Source of the DNA: Fistulifera solaris
Lineage: Eukaryota
Direction of reading: 5' to 3'
Length of the DNA stretch: 64,000 bases
Assembly: GCA_030295235.1 (NCBI GenBank)
Contig: AP026162.1
Location: 1,116,001-1,180,000 of the forward strand
Positions 23,621 through 35,187 of the stretch are shown piece after piece. The notes beneath the pieces were generated by a model, which worked only from the letters and a program-made list of their open reading frames with translations, did not search any database and had not been told where the DNA came from. The first letter of the stretch is position 1. Every line of letters starts with the position of its first letter. Made by a program: the position numbers and the translations under genes.

Positions 23621-26069
23621 TTATTTATCTTCTTTTAATAGTTGGTCGGCTAGCATTCTTAGACCAAAAACACCTCTGGGTTCTGTATCCATGTATTCAC
23701 ATTTGGTGACTCTGGGTGGGTTGCCCATTGAGGACAAGAATGATTCCAGATTGTCGATCGAAATTTTTTGCCCGTGACTAACATGCGATACAAAGTTTTT
23801 CAGGTCCTTGTCATTATCCTCCAACACCTGGTTCACGACCACGTTCCGAACCTTGATCGGCATATCAGGGGCTTCAAATGTCAAGTCATTAAGTAAACGG
23901 ATACTCTCACGCGCGGCAAGCTCGCTCGCAATTGTGACGATAAGAAATTCAGTCTGTTCGGCATCGGCAAACAAATCTTCTAGGTCGTACATCTGAAACT
24001 GAAACGACAGCAAAGCCGACTTTGCTGTAGCAGCAGCATTCGCAATCTGTTCTGACCTGGACGAACCGCCGATGAACATTTTCACCAAGCTGTTTGAATT
24101 GACTTTTTCCGCGATGGCCAAAAGACGCTCAATCAATTCTGCAATAAATCCAGGAGTGCTGAGCATACGGAGCGTGTGCCCTGTGGGGGCTGTGTCAAGC
24201 ACGATTCTGTCATAATCACCGTTCTTTACCAGCTTAATGATTTTAGCCAAAGCGACAACCTCATCAGTACCAGCTGGAAGTGTATTGAATACTTCTTGGA
24301 TTTCTCGTAGAGTGTTGCGCAAGCCGGCATCAGCTTCGGAAGCATCATCCACACCCACTAGCTGATCGACCAAACCTTTAAATTCACTGAGAGATGCGGC
24401 AGGATCTATCTCTAAAACAGAAAGACTTCCGTCACCAGGAGGAACCCCTATCAAAGGGCAATCCACGAGGCGGCCTCCTGCCAAATTCATATCGATTGCA
24501 TCACCCAGACTGTGGGCAGGATCCGTGCTGATCAAAGCCACACGGTGCCCCTTCGCGGCCATAGTTACTGCCAACGAAGAAGACGTTGTTGTCTTACCGA
24601 CGCCTCCCTTTCCGCCGCAAATGACCACCTTTGGCGAGTCGCGCTCATTATGAGCTTCCATGAGATGAGAGAAGCCAGGATTCTCAGCGTAGCACTGATT
24701 CCCGAGATATGCCAGAGCCGGGACACCAACAAGTTCGACATCGAAAAAGGGTACCTTTGTCAGACAAATAGGATTTGGACTTCCATTCGCTCTGTACGCG
24801 TTGCTCTCACTAACTTCCTTTATTGTTGCACTCAGCTTGTTAATCCATCTCTCCTGACCAGAACGTCTCCTTTCATAGTATTTCTCAAGAGGGGTTGTAT
24901 CTTCTGTTTCCTGGTAGCCGATGCACTGGTTGACCACAATATCGGTGACACTGACCTGCTGTGAGCCAAGCTCCGACACAAGACGTTTTGACTCTTGCAC
25001 ACCAAGCTTTGATGGGATTGCAACTACGATAAAATTTGTTTTCGACCTGTCTTGTAGTTTTTCTCGCAGAATACCCATTTTGGTCCTAAATTTTTCCAAG
25101 CGGTTAACTGCATCGTCAATTGCTTTTGCCCTCTGCTCAGCTTGGGAATTTCCCAAAAACGCTTGCAGGGTTGAAGTAAGACCAGCCAGTTTCATCCTAA
25201 GGTTGATAAGCTTCCCTAATAATCCATCCAAGAACTTCGGTAGAGCTAATAGACGGAGGGTGTGACCTGTCGGAGCAGTGTCTACTACAATTACGTCAAA
25301 GTCACCCGCCATAGAGTCATTATCCAATACATTCGAGAGAGCCACCAATTCATCGAGACCAGGAGGAGGATTGTTGAGCAAACCACTGAATTCTCGAAGT
25401 CCAAGGCTTTCGAGAATGTCTGGCGAAATGTTCAATGCTTCCGCCAGCTGATCAATATCAAATGCAGCTAGATTTTCCCGGAACTCATCCAGAGCAGCTG
25501 CAGCATCTACCTCACAAGCAAACAACCGTCCACCTGTCAACGGATCTGTCATCTGTAAAGGTTTACCATGGCTCTTTCGTAAATCTTCATCCAAAGCATC
25601 GCCTAAAGAATGTGCAGGATCGGTGGAGACAATGAGGACCTTAAGATCCTTCTGTATATCAGATGCCAAGCTCACCGCGAGCGCAGAAGAGACGGAAGTT
25701 TTCCCTACTCCGCCTTTTTTTAAATAAGGGTGAGTTTTACGTGATGAATGGCGACGCATCGCTCGACAGAACTAATGTGCGTTCCTGTACCATCGTACCT
25801 TTGCCACCCACAAAAATAGTTCTTGTACCGCTCGTCGACGAATCGCTTAGGTCATCCATAAGAGTTTTCAGCGAGTAAAGAGAGGATTGCGTTTTCCTCG
25901 TAAAACATTCCGAACGCGGACGAGCTAACGGGGCAATCGTAGGATTCTCGACTCGTCGAATCCCAGTTTGTGGATAAAATCGTAAAACCCGCAGCGGCTG
26001 GAACGCATCGATGAAGCCGAGAATCAAGCATGCAGCTATCACGTTCACCAAGGCTCTTTTTGATCGCAT
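23621..26069 (-). CDS. arsA: Tandem two-domain ArsA/GET3 ATPase with plastid-type bipartite presequence; intron ~25714-25798
   Basis: Two copies each of GGKGGVGKT, STDPAHSLGD and DTAPTGHTLR; signal peptide MRSKRALVNVIAACLILGFIDA-FQP. Confidence 0.92.
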
Positions 26070-26544
26070 GATGAACTTCTTACATGAAAACAAAAGAATA
26101 GAATACGAATGATGCGTTTTTGTTTTTATATAACGAAAACGCATCGCATGTCGCATGCACCATCAACCGCAAAAAAGTGACCGTTTCCCGATACGACACG
26201 TGGAAGACAGCGGTACACGAAGAAAAATCCATACCGTAAACACAAACACTGGATTATAGTCCTGTTTTAAAAAGGATTACTGGTACGAATAGGCCATATT
26301 TGCTCTCATTGCGATAAAAGAACTTCCGCGGCATTTGCGAATGCGCAACTCGATTTTGAAGTCGTTGATGTTTGCGGATCGTTGATATTCATAGTTTTAC
26401 TGTAGGCGACGGACGTCAGTCATGAAGATGTAAGTTTATGAGCCAAACTACCATTATAGACGCCTTCGGCAAGGGGGAAATCTTGCCTTCGGCATCTAGC
26501 CCTTGCGGGGAGCCTTTTTCGTTCTCGCCTAAATACGCCGTGGA

Positions 26545-27137
26545 TTGATTCATGACTCATGACTGGAGTGCAGTCGGGCGAAATACGGACAACACTCTGG
26601 CCCATACTGAATACGAACGACAACATTTCGCAAGGCCCTTCGACGTAATATACATATACAATGACGTGTATTTCAAACTCTGCTAAGAAACTATCTAATT
26701 GCCAACTGCGACAAATAATGAAGCCCAAGATATCTTGGTGAACGAACGAATTTTGTCGCTCGAACGAATATTGATTCATGACTGAAGTGCAGTCGTGGCG
26801 AAATACGGACAGCACTGGAAGACAACGTTTCGCAAGGCTCTTCCACGTCAAAAATATGATGAAGTGTGATGCAAATGCTGCTAAGGCCTATCTTCATGCT
26901 ACAATGACAATTGGATCTCAAGATATCTCGGTGAACGAACGAATATTAGGCAGCATTGCCGCTCGAACGAATATTGATTCATGACTGAAGTGCAGTCGTG
27001 GCGAAATACGGATCGCAAGGCTCTTCGACGTCAAAAATATGATGAAGTGTAATGCAAATGCTGCTAAGGCCTATCTTATCGCAACAATGACAAATGGAGC
27101 TCAAGATATCACGGTGAACAAGCGAATTTTAAGCAGC
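26545..27137. repeat. Three diverged tandem copies of a ~200-bp non-coding unit (starts ~26545, ~26771, ~26974)
   Basis: Shared blocks TTGATTCATGACTG..TGCAGTCG.GGCGAAATACGGA, CGCAAGGC.CTTC.ACGT, TGCTAAG..CTATCT and CAAGATATC..GGTGAAC. Confidence 0.92.
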
Positions 27138-27472
27138 TTTGTTGAAGCAGACGGAAATTCTGCATTCTTGTCCAGCAATAAGCGACGCTTTTCTTTATAT
27201 AATACGGCATATATAGACCAGGCGGGGAGGATTTTTTTGTGCTCGCCCTTTCTGCAAGCGGGGGCTCGCTCACTCTAGAGAGGGATAGAGTCATTCGTTC
27301 GTTCTGCTACGTGGATAATCCGGTACCGTACAGTATCGCGATAAACAACCTTTCGCGGCATTCGCGATTGCGTACCATTGATGACTGGCTAACTATAAAT
27401 TCTTTGACTTTGATGATTTTTCGGTTCTAAAGCAAAGATTTCTTCATTATATGGGCTTAGATTGCTAAACAG

Positions 27473-30187
27473 TTATTTGACACGCTTAATAAAGCGTCCC
27501 TGGTTTCGTTCCATCAAATCCCCTCGACTTGTCATAACAGATAAAGCTCGCGTTACTAACACAGCATTGTATCCCTGGCCGGCTGCCTCTTCCACCAGCC
27601 TTTGCTTATTGACTGTACTTCCGATGGTTAGTCGACTTCTCAAAAACGATTCAGTCCGTTCCATCTCAGCTCTATTCGGGGCCGCTACAGACGCAAATGA
27701 GACATCGGATCGTTGCTGATCAGCCTGATTGGCTGCCATGGTGCTGACCTTGAAGATACGCAATGCTTCGTTGACATCTTCTGGTTGAACATCGGAATCC
27801 AGTCGCATCTTAGCCAAACTTTCGGACAGACGAACCAGGGCCTCGAGCTGTCGGACGGTAATGGGAATGGTTGCCTGAGTAGCCTCACCAGCGACCCCAC
27901 TGAGCTGAATGGATTGCTTTCTTACATCATCGCGAATTTTCACGTAGGAACTGGATAGCACCTCTCCCGCTTCTTCTGATAGACGTGGTGAACATTTCGA
28001 CTTGCAATACTGCACGTATTTCTTCATTGCCGCAATTGAAAGTTCACCTTCCCCCGTAGTCGCTACTTTCGTTACATTTTCAGTGATCGCCTCAGGTGAT
28101 TCGGCATTATTACTGAGCATAAGACAAGAAAGATGAGTTGAGACTGCCGCAAGCGCTTACTTCAAACGTATTTGGAGGTCCTACCTGTCGTTACCAATGT
28201 GGTCACTACTGCTGTCACCCACCGCCGCTGCCGCGTAGGAGAATCCAGAATCCATGCTATCTGCTCCGGCACGGAACCGGGCTTCAACGTTCGCCGTACC
28301 AGAGGAATTAATGTGCACACCCATGACGTGCTGACAAATCATACGATCACGTTCTTCTTCGCGGACATCACGAACCAGAAAGATGACATCAAATCGGCTC
28401 AAAATGGTGGTCATCAAATCAATATTCTCCGACGCGCTCTTAAAATCATCATAGCGTCCAAACACAGGATTTGCTGCTGCAAGAACCGACGATCGTGAAT
28501 TGAGAACAGTGGTGATGCCCGCTTTTGCCACACTGATTGTTTGTTGTTCCATGGCCTCGTGAATAGCCACTCTATCAGCGGGTCTCATCTTGTCAAACTC
28601 ATCGATACATACAATACCTCCGTCGGCCAAAACCATCGCACCGCCTTCAAGATAGAATTCACCTTTTGCGTTCCGAACAACTGATGCAGTGAGACCTGCT
28701 GCAGAGGAGCCCTTTCCTGATGTGTAAATGCCGATGGGAGCAACTTTTGAAATGAATTTCAAAAACTGGGACTTGGCCATGGAGGGATCACCAAGCAACA
28801 ACACATTGATATCACCTCTGAGACGGACGCCATCGGGAAGACGCTTTTGGCTCCCGGAGAAAAGCTGGCAAGTAAGAGCTTTCTTGATGTCAACCGTGTA
28901 ACTTCCAGAGATAGTCGGTGCGATCGACCGAGACAAAATGTCGTAGACATCCGTTCGACGCGCCAACATTCGAAAAGCTTCTTCCTCCGAAGGCGTAAAG
29001 GTCACTGCTTGGCCGTGTGCATCATTATCTCGCGTCATACCGACGACTCGCAGATATACGGATTTCGTGACCGAACCACTTTTGTGACTTGCTGCCGATG
29101 TGAACATGGTGGGAATACAAAAGACAGAGACCCGAGTGCCAGGAGGTGCAACATCTACGAGCGATCGTTCTACCACCATGAGAACGGAACGCGGCATCTC
29201 ACCGGTGGGAACGCGTTCAGGAGATTCCTGAAGCTTAAGCGTTTGTTGATCTACAAAATGCGAGTCATCGGGGACGACAGCGTAAGGGAAACGCGGGCAT
29301 TCTCGTTCTTGAGTACTTCCCGGGCATTTCGGAGGCAAGATAACACTGCCGAAGGGTCCATCGGTCGCGAAGACTGTGCGTTCGTGGTCGCATGAAGAAC
29401 ATCGTAACTTCAATCGCACCGCACGGTTTTTAACTGGGGACGTACTGATGACGATGCCTGGGCATTTAATCAACATATTCATGTGCTCACTGTTGATGGA
29501 ACGGAGATTTGTGCTTTTCAAATTGCCTTTCAGCAAAATTTGAATCGAAATACCTGCCAGAGACTCTTCCAAGATATCCGATGGAAGAGGGTTGTCCATG
29601 TTCTCAGGATTGGCAGTGTCTTGTGCCACTTCCATATTCTGTGTAGCGTTTTCCGCAGTAGCTTTACGAACATCATAAAGAATAGTTTTGAGTGCATCCG
29701 CAGCGCCCAACTCCAAGGCAGGAAGCAACAACGCCGGTTGGCTGATCAGAAACCCCAGAAGCGACGCGTCGTACTCGCCAACGTGAGAAATATCAATCTC
29801 AAGCTTTGCTTTATTCGCGTTTTGTGCAGCAGTTGCTACGCTTCTCGCATTCATAACCTCTTCATCGTTGCCGGCACTGTCGTTTACCATCGTACAACGC
29901 CGATGCATTCTCAAGAGCTTTTCGCGATAGAGAAAGCGGTTGCCAAGGCGGTAGTTACCTATTGAACAAATACGGTGAGAATCCTTAGCTTGCGAGAGTT
30001 TGAAATATGAAATATCAAGTAATGACTTACGAAGAAACTCGCGAAAATGACGGCGAACGGCCTTGATATCGACATCACTTTCGTCATTATTACTAACATT
30101 CGGTGGCTGCTCGCCTTGACCAGCATCGTCCGTCCGCGTCTGTAGCTGCTGATGAGAGAAATACAATCGACTCTCGTCAAAATCCAT
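27473..30187 (-). CDS. MCM5: DNA replication licensing factor MCM5; introns ~29960-30028 and ~28120-28185
   Basis: LKLQESPERVPTGEMPR, RGDINVLLLGDPSMAKSQFLK, GKGSSAAGLTASV, IDEFDKM, ILSRFD, ITVRQLEALVRLSESLAKM. Confidence 0.96.
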
Positions 30188-30677
30188 CTGTGAATGTTGA
30201 AGGGGATACTTTCTATTGCTTCGAATGTAATAATATAGTACTTGCAATGTTTTTTTGTTGCGATTTTCGTCTGCGATTGCGATCGAGCATTGGAAAAAAA
30301 GCGCGCGTTTGTGTGCGTCTATGCGGAAGCTCTATGTAAAAAACGTCCTATCTTATCCGTTCAAATAATTGGTTAAATATCAAATAAGATTCAAAACGTT
30401 GTTTAATTATTTTCTCCCCCAGACTACACTTACTGTCATAGTCTTAACGCGTGGTGGTAGTTTTTTTTAAGAAGCTTGTGGGTGAGAAATCGACTAACCT
30501 TCTACTTCAATAAAGAGGAAATCTATCTAAGCCAATATGAACGAGAACCTGTTGTTACTTTATCCATAGCGCGAATCACAACATAATGAACAGTTGTTGC
30601 GAATAAGTTTTAAAATTCCCTCGAGCTATAAGGACACAGCGGCTCAGCTCGTGCAACCTTTTTCAATCCATTACTCA

Positions 30678-31976
30678 TCACTCATCACTCCCACGAACGG
30701 CAGCTGCCAATCTGTCTCTGAAAAAGGAAGCGGTAGACATCTCCTTCGTTATGGTATGCGTGACAGCTGCCAAGTTCTTCCAGTGATCGCGATAAGTCCT
30801 TTTCATACCTTTGCCGACAAAGGTGACGCGGTGTGCGTCGGCCCGTCGAAGATCGCCAAGAGGTTCCGGTGGCGAATCGATGAGATCTTGGATCGACTGA
30901 TCGACCGCAGCTGCACTATAGTTGGCTCCGTCTTCGAGTGCGCGCAGCTCTGCTTCGTATTCACTCCGTTTTTCGATCTTTTGCAACTGCTCCGCGTGCA
31001 GTGTCTCGCCCGCCATCACTCTTTTCTGAAGCTCGTCACAACTGTGAATACGACCGAGCAACTTTTTGCGCAACTTTTTCCCAGAACAGGTCAAGATACG
31101 TTGCCGCGCTAGTTTGGGAAACCAGATTTTACGAAGACCGACGCGTTCTTCTTCCGACATCTTCCCAATAAGTGATGGGTCCAGTATGAAAAGTTGATGG
31201 ATGACAAGTGCCGTTGCCACGGATAGATTGAGCGAATCAGCATATCCCCTCAAAGGCAAGTAGACACGGAGATCAGCATTATCCAGCATTTCCTGCGAAA
31301 CTCCTACGCTCTCCGTGCCCATCACAATGGCAATCTTTGAGGGCAACGGCCAATTACCGGATTCATCCAGATCTTGCTTCGTCAACGGCACTGCTTTTTG
31401 ACTTAGGTCGGTGACCCAAACCTGATGACCGGTTTTTCTGCAATGCGCTAGACACTCGGCTGTTGTTTTGAAGTCTTTTATCGTCAACCATTCGGTAGCA
31501 TTTTGTGCAAACAGACGGTGCTGTTTTCGCTGCTCAATTTCTTCCGCAGATAACTTTACGGTCATCTGTCTTGGCTGCCCGTTTTTGCTGCAGTCTTCCA
31601 CCACGCCAGCTCCGTCCGTCATAGCAGGAGGATCTATTAACCATACATTTTGTATACCGAGAGCTTCCGCAGTTCGCAGGATTGCCGAGTAATTGTGATC
31701 GTTCGTACATCGCTCGACCACCACAGTGATACTACTCGTTCGAAGTCGAATGACTGCTTCTGCTTTTCGAATGAGGCGAAGATCTAAATCAGGAGTGTCC
31801 ATGATGACATTTTCTTTTGGAGAAAATGTCCTCGACCGATCCAGTTTCCTTTGATTACTTCTTTCTTTCACCCATCGGATCAGAGCTGGGGCCAGCACGG
31901 TAACGGAAAGACCAGCTCCAATTCCAAGCCAAAAGCTTTTTACCTGTACTGTTTTGTCGGTCTTCATGCGTGCCAC
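30678..31976 (-). CDS. SpoU/TrmH-family RNA 2'-O-ribose methyltransferase
   Basis: VVERCTNDHNYSAILRTAEALG, IVMGTESVGVS, LPLRGYADSLNLSVATA. Confidence 0.9.
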   Translation of the reverse strand: MARMKTDKTVQVKSFWLGIGAGLSVTVLAPALIRWVKERSNQRKLDRSRTFSPKENVIMDTPDLDLRLIRKAEAVIRLRTSSITVVVERCTNDHNYSAILRTAEALGIQNVWLIDPPAMTDGAGVVEDCSKNGQPRQMTVKLSAEEIEQRKQHRLFAQNATEWLTIKDFKTTAECLAHCRKTGHQVWVTDLSQKAVPLTKQDLDESGNWPLPSKIAIVMGTESVGVSQEMLDNADLRVYLPLRGYADSLNLSVATALVIHQLFILDPSLIGKMSEEERVGLRKIWFPKLARQRILTCSGKKLRKKLLGRIHSCDELQKRVMAGETLHAEQLQKIEKRSEYEAELRALEDGANYSAAAVDQSIQDLIDSPPEPLGDLRRADAHRVTFVGKGMKRTYRDHWKNLAAVTHTITKEMSTASFFRDRLAAAVRGSDE

Positions 31977-32423
31977 TGTACCACTTTTGATATGATTACT
32001 TTGTTTCAGTTAGAATTGGATCATCGGCGAGGACGAAATGGGCGCGGCTTTCGTTGTTCGTGGTGAAGAGTGCACTTCGATTTCTGTCCCGCGTCTGACA
32101 GTCACGAGCTAACATACTATGAAAGATGACGTGATCCTAAAACCTCCACTCCTTTAACTTCGTTCATACAGATAATATGTCTTCAATCATGATCAAACGC
32201 ATATTTTGGACATGCATCGGTCAAGCACAGTAGGGCCGAGGGCTCTGTAATTCATCCTCTACGGCAAGGTTTACAAGGTACTGGTGAGAGATTAAAATTC
32301 CCTTGCAGGGCCAGAGAGCTGCCTAACAACCTTTTATTTGCAGCTTTATGGATTAAACCTGATGATCAAAGATGGTTATCGGTTACTTTAAGAAAAGAAC
32401 AAGGTGCAAGCAAACTCATGGCA

Positions 32424-33668
32424 TTACACCACATCAGGCCATTCGATCGGAAGCTCACTTGGATCGTCAAAGCAACTCCCGAGTTCATGGTCTTTCTCAC
32501 CCCACATGACACGCTTGGCCAGTACTTGAACCCCTGCTTGTTCGGCCAGGCGCAAATATTTAGCAAACGATGGGCAGGAATCGGCATTGGGACGAAAGGC
32601 TTCCGCATCTCCACGCACAACTACGAACAGAACGGTAGCCTTGTACTGGCGCTCTTCGACAAGGCGCGTCAACTCACGAACATGATTGATCGCTCGAGCT
32701 GACACAACGGCTTCTCCATCCGGTCCTTTTTGTTTCGAATTACCCCAGGGGAAAATTGCTGTGCGGCGGTAGGGGACACGGGATGAAAGGAAACGACATT
32801 TCATAGTATCCGAAGGCGGCGCCTCCACGTAGTAGTCTGTGTCAACTACCTGTTTCACCTCAACCAACCGTTTGCTACCATCTTTGTGCGTAATCTCAAA
32901 ATCACTCCGCATGTTTCCGATGGTGACTTGTCGCTTTACCGATTCTACAGGGCCCAAAACATTGTTTCGAATCCAACATTCGGCAATTCTTTCTCCTAGA
33001 TTCGGATGTGCTCCGACCCACGTTGGCGGATACAGTTTGGGGTGCAAATTGGACTCGTCGACCAGGAGAAGCTGAGCATGGAACTCGCACTTGGGAGTGC
33101 CATATTTTGGGCTGACAGCATCCGCACCAATCTTGTTCCCTTTCTTATCAGTAGCCGCTTTGACGAGTAACGTACATCCAGGAATACACTTTCCACCCAT
33201 GTCCAAGTTCGGAACATGCGCGATTGCTACTCGACCCGAGTCGATCAGTGCGATATCAGCCACATACGGACTGCGATTTCGCTTTGAAGGTCTCGCAACC
33301 ATTTTTGCTAGAACCAGTTCATCGTCTTCATTAAACAGCGAAAATAGTTCTTTGCTTTCCGTGTCGGGGTCTGCGGCGAATAGTTTCTTGGCGGCCAACG
33401 GTCGACCTGTAGCCGATGCCAAAGATCGTCTCTTCCGTGGAGGGAGACTACGGAGATCAGCGCTCGAAGTTCGTCGTGAACGACGAGTAGCAACCATTGC
33501 AACACAAAATGAAGATAATCTGGCGCAGGAGTAAAGCATGAAACAAGTGGAGAGGATGAACACACTCCGCTGAAAGATGAATCTTCCACGCTGATGGGCC
33601 ATGTCAGAAAAATGAGGTGCAGAAAAATCTCGTTGGTGTGTAATCAATCGCGGCAAATGAACAGTCAC
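32424..33668 (-). CDS. sfsA: SfsA (sugar fermentation stimulation) family OB-fold + PD-(D/E)XK nuclease
   Basis: RP..RN...ADI, AHVPN, RSDF...VEVK, FP.G, SARAINHVREL, LFVVVRGD...FRPN...FAKYL..A...GV. Confidence 0.82.
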   Translation of the reverse strand: MTVHLPRLITHQRDFSAPHFSDMAHQRGRFIFQRSVFILSTCFMLYSCARLSSFCVAMVATRRSRRTSSADLRSLPPRKRRSLASATGRPLAAKKLFAADPDTESKELFSLFNEDDELVLAKMVARPSKRNRSPYVADIALIDSGRVAIAHVPNLDMGGKCIPGCTLLVKAATDKKGNKIGADAVSPKYGTPKCEFHAQLLLVDESNLHPKLYPPTWVGAHPNLGERIAECWIRNNVLGPVESVKRQVTIGNMRSDFEITHKDGSKRLVEVKQVVDTDYYVEAPPSDTMKCRFLSSRVPYRRTAIFPWGNSKQKGPDGEAVVSARAINHVRELTRLVEERQYKATVLFVVVRGDAEAFRPNADSCPSFAKYLRLAEQAGVQVLAKRVMWGEKDHELGSCFDDPSELPIEWPDVV

Positions 33669-34115
33669 GAGTTTGTCATAAAACTGAACAATACGTCACC
33701 CTTTCCTTATTATGGCCCCTCTCGCGCCCAAAGTACACTACCAAACACAGTACTTCAAGTTCCGGAAGACATTCGTTGACGTGTCTTTGACAAAATTGCG
33801 CGAATTGTCTCTCGCGCTTTGTGTACGACAAGCGAGTACCGGTCCCCACTGTATCTTTCAGCTTGGTTTACTAGTAGTATCGCTTTTGTGTACACATTGA
33901 ATACCGGAAATGACCGTTTCATACACACCACGATGGTGCTTCCGATCTGTTCCGGGAAGTTTGCAAATTTCTTCCCAGCGTGCGGCGTTCGAATTCGTCT
34001 CGCTATGTGCACTTCTGCCTTTCTGCAAGAGGTCTCCCTTTCTTGCCCAAACGAAGCGATACAACGTATCTTCTCCTCCCATTACTGTTGCAAAATTGGG
34101 TTCATTTGCTTGAAA

Positions 34116-35018
34116 ATGACCGTTGCTACTACTGACGAGGCAAGGGGAGGTCTTGATATTGTGAAAACCTCCCTCTATTCGTCTCAATCATTGCAGCTTA
34201 CCTTCAAAAAGCTCGAACCGATCGACTCCGAGTTGATGAGGGCTCATAGTGATGCGAACATCACGCTGGGCACGGCTGCTACCGAGGATGAGATATCTGA
34301 ATCTTCCGTCGACTTTAAATGTAAACTCATTACCGACGAACAAGGAGAAAGTGAAGGAGCTCTCGATGTCGGCGGAGACGAGGAGTCGTTGGACGACGAA
34401 GGAAGCAATGGGGAAGACTTGCAAATGCTCGTTCAATCTACAATGGCTCTATCTTTGTGCTCAAAACATAAAAGACCATCTATCAAAGAATACGACGCCG
34501 CATCCATTCCGATCAAAGACAAGCCCAATGCTTGGAAACAATTACCAAAACCTGACCTTGGCTTCATCCGTACTATGTCAGCGCCAGAGTCAACATTGGA
34601 CAGGTCCTCACGGGACAATCTGAAACTCCCTCGAAAAGTTCGGTTTCACGAGATTCAATTTCGTGAATACGAGCAGACAATAGGCGATAATCCTTGTGTT
34701 TCGTATGGGCCTCCTATCTCGCTTGACTGGGACTATGAAGAATGCGGAAGTATCGACGTTGAGGAGTACGAAGCCAACCGAGGGAGGAGGCGGGGTATGC
34801 GCGAAATGATCATGAACTATTATGTTCGAACTAATTTGTTGACATTCAAGTACGGAGCGACTGAGAAGGAGTTGAAAGCAGCCACAAAGGCTGCCAATAG
34901 AGAGAAGAGGTCGAGGGCCATTACGAAAGCACTGCTACCATATCAGCTGGTTGAAGATCTTGCACAATCAGCAGTAAGAAAGACAAAACGTCTAGCAAGT
35001 GGCAAGCGACAGTGCTAA
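34116..35018 (+). CDS. Hypothetical protein with CSRNP-N-like motif
   Basis: KVRFHEIQFREYEQTIGDNPCVSYGPPISLDWDY motif (contains an RVxF-like KVRF); long open frame. Confidence 0.65.
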   Translation: MTVATTDEARGGLDIVKTSLYSSQSLQLTFKKLEPIDSELMRAHSDANITLGTAATEDEISESSVDFKCKLITDEQGESEGALDVGGDEESLDDEGSNGEDLQMLVQSTMALSLCSKHKRPSIKEYDAASIPIKDKPNAWKQLPKPDLGFIRTMSAPESTLDRSSRDNLKLPRKVRFHEIQFREYEQTIGDNPCVSYGPPISLDWDYEECGSIDVEEYEANRGRRRGMREMIMNYYVRTNLLTFKYGATEKELKAATKAANREKRSRAITKALLPYQLVEDLAQSAVRKTKRLASGKRQC

Positions 35019-35187
35019 ATCTTGATTTTGCTCGCATTTTGAATGCGTTTTTCATTCCAACAATTTTCTATCAAATTTTATATCAACTGATTTCTAAATA
35101 ATTGTTATAGAACCAAGATCTATGGGCTGCAAAGCCGAGTCTACCTATGAAAATTAGCCGAACGAGAAGTGTGGCCTTTGTTTTTGC

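Noticed and set aside
28172..29965. Antisense ORFs of 100-180 aa opposite MCM5, and similar ones opposite other genes
   Set aside because: Shadow ORFs of well-supported coding regions with no recognisable motifs.
7461..31976. Functional cluster of methyltransferases (METTL-like, RsmE, TRM61, SpoU) or of replication genes (MCM10, MCM5)
   Set aside because: They are interspersed with unrelated genes, have different folds and compartments, and share no visible regulatory signal. Likely chance in a gene-dense genome.
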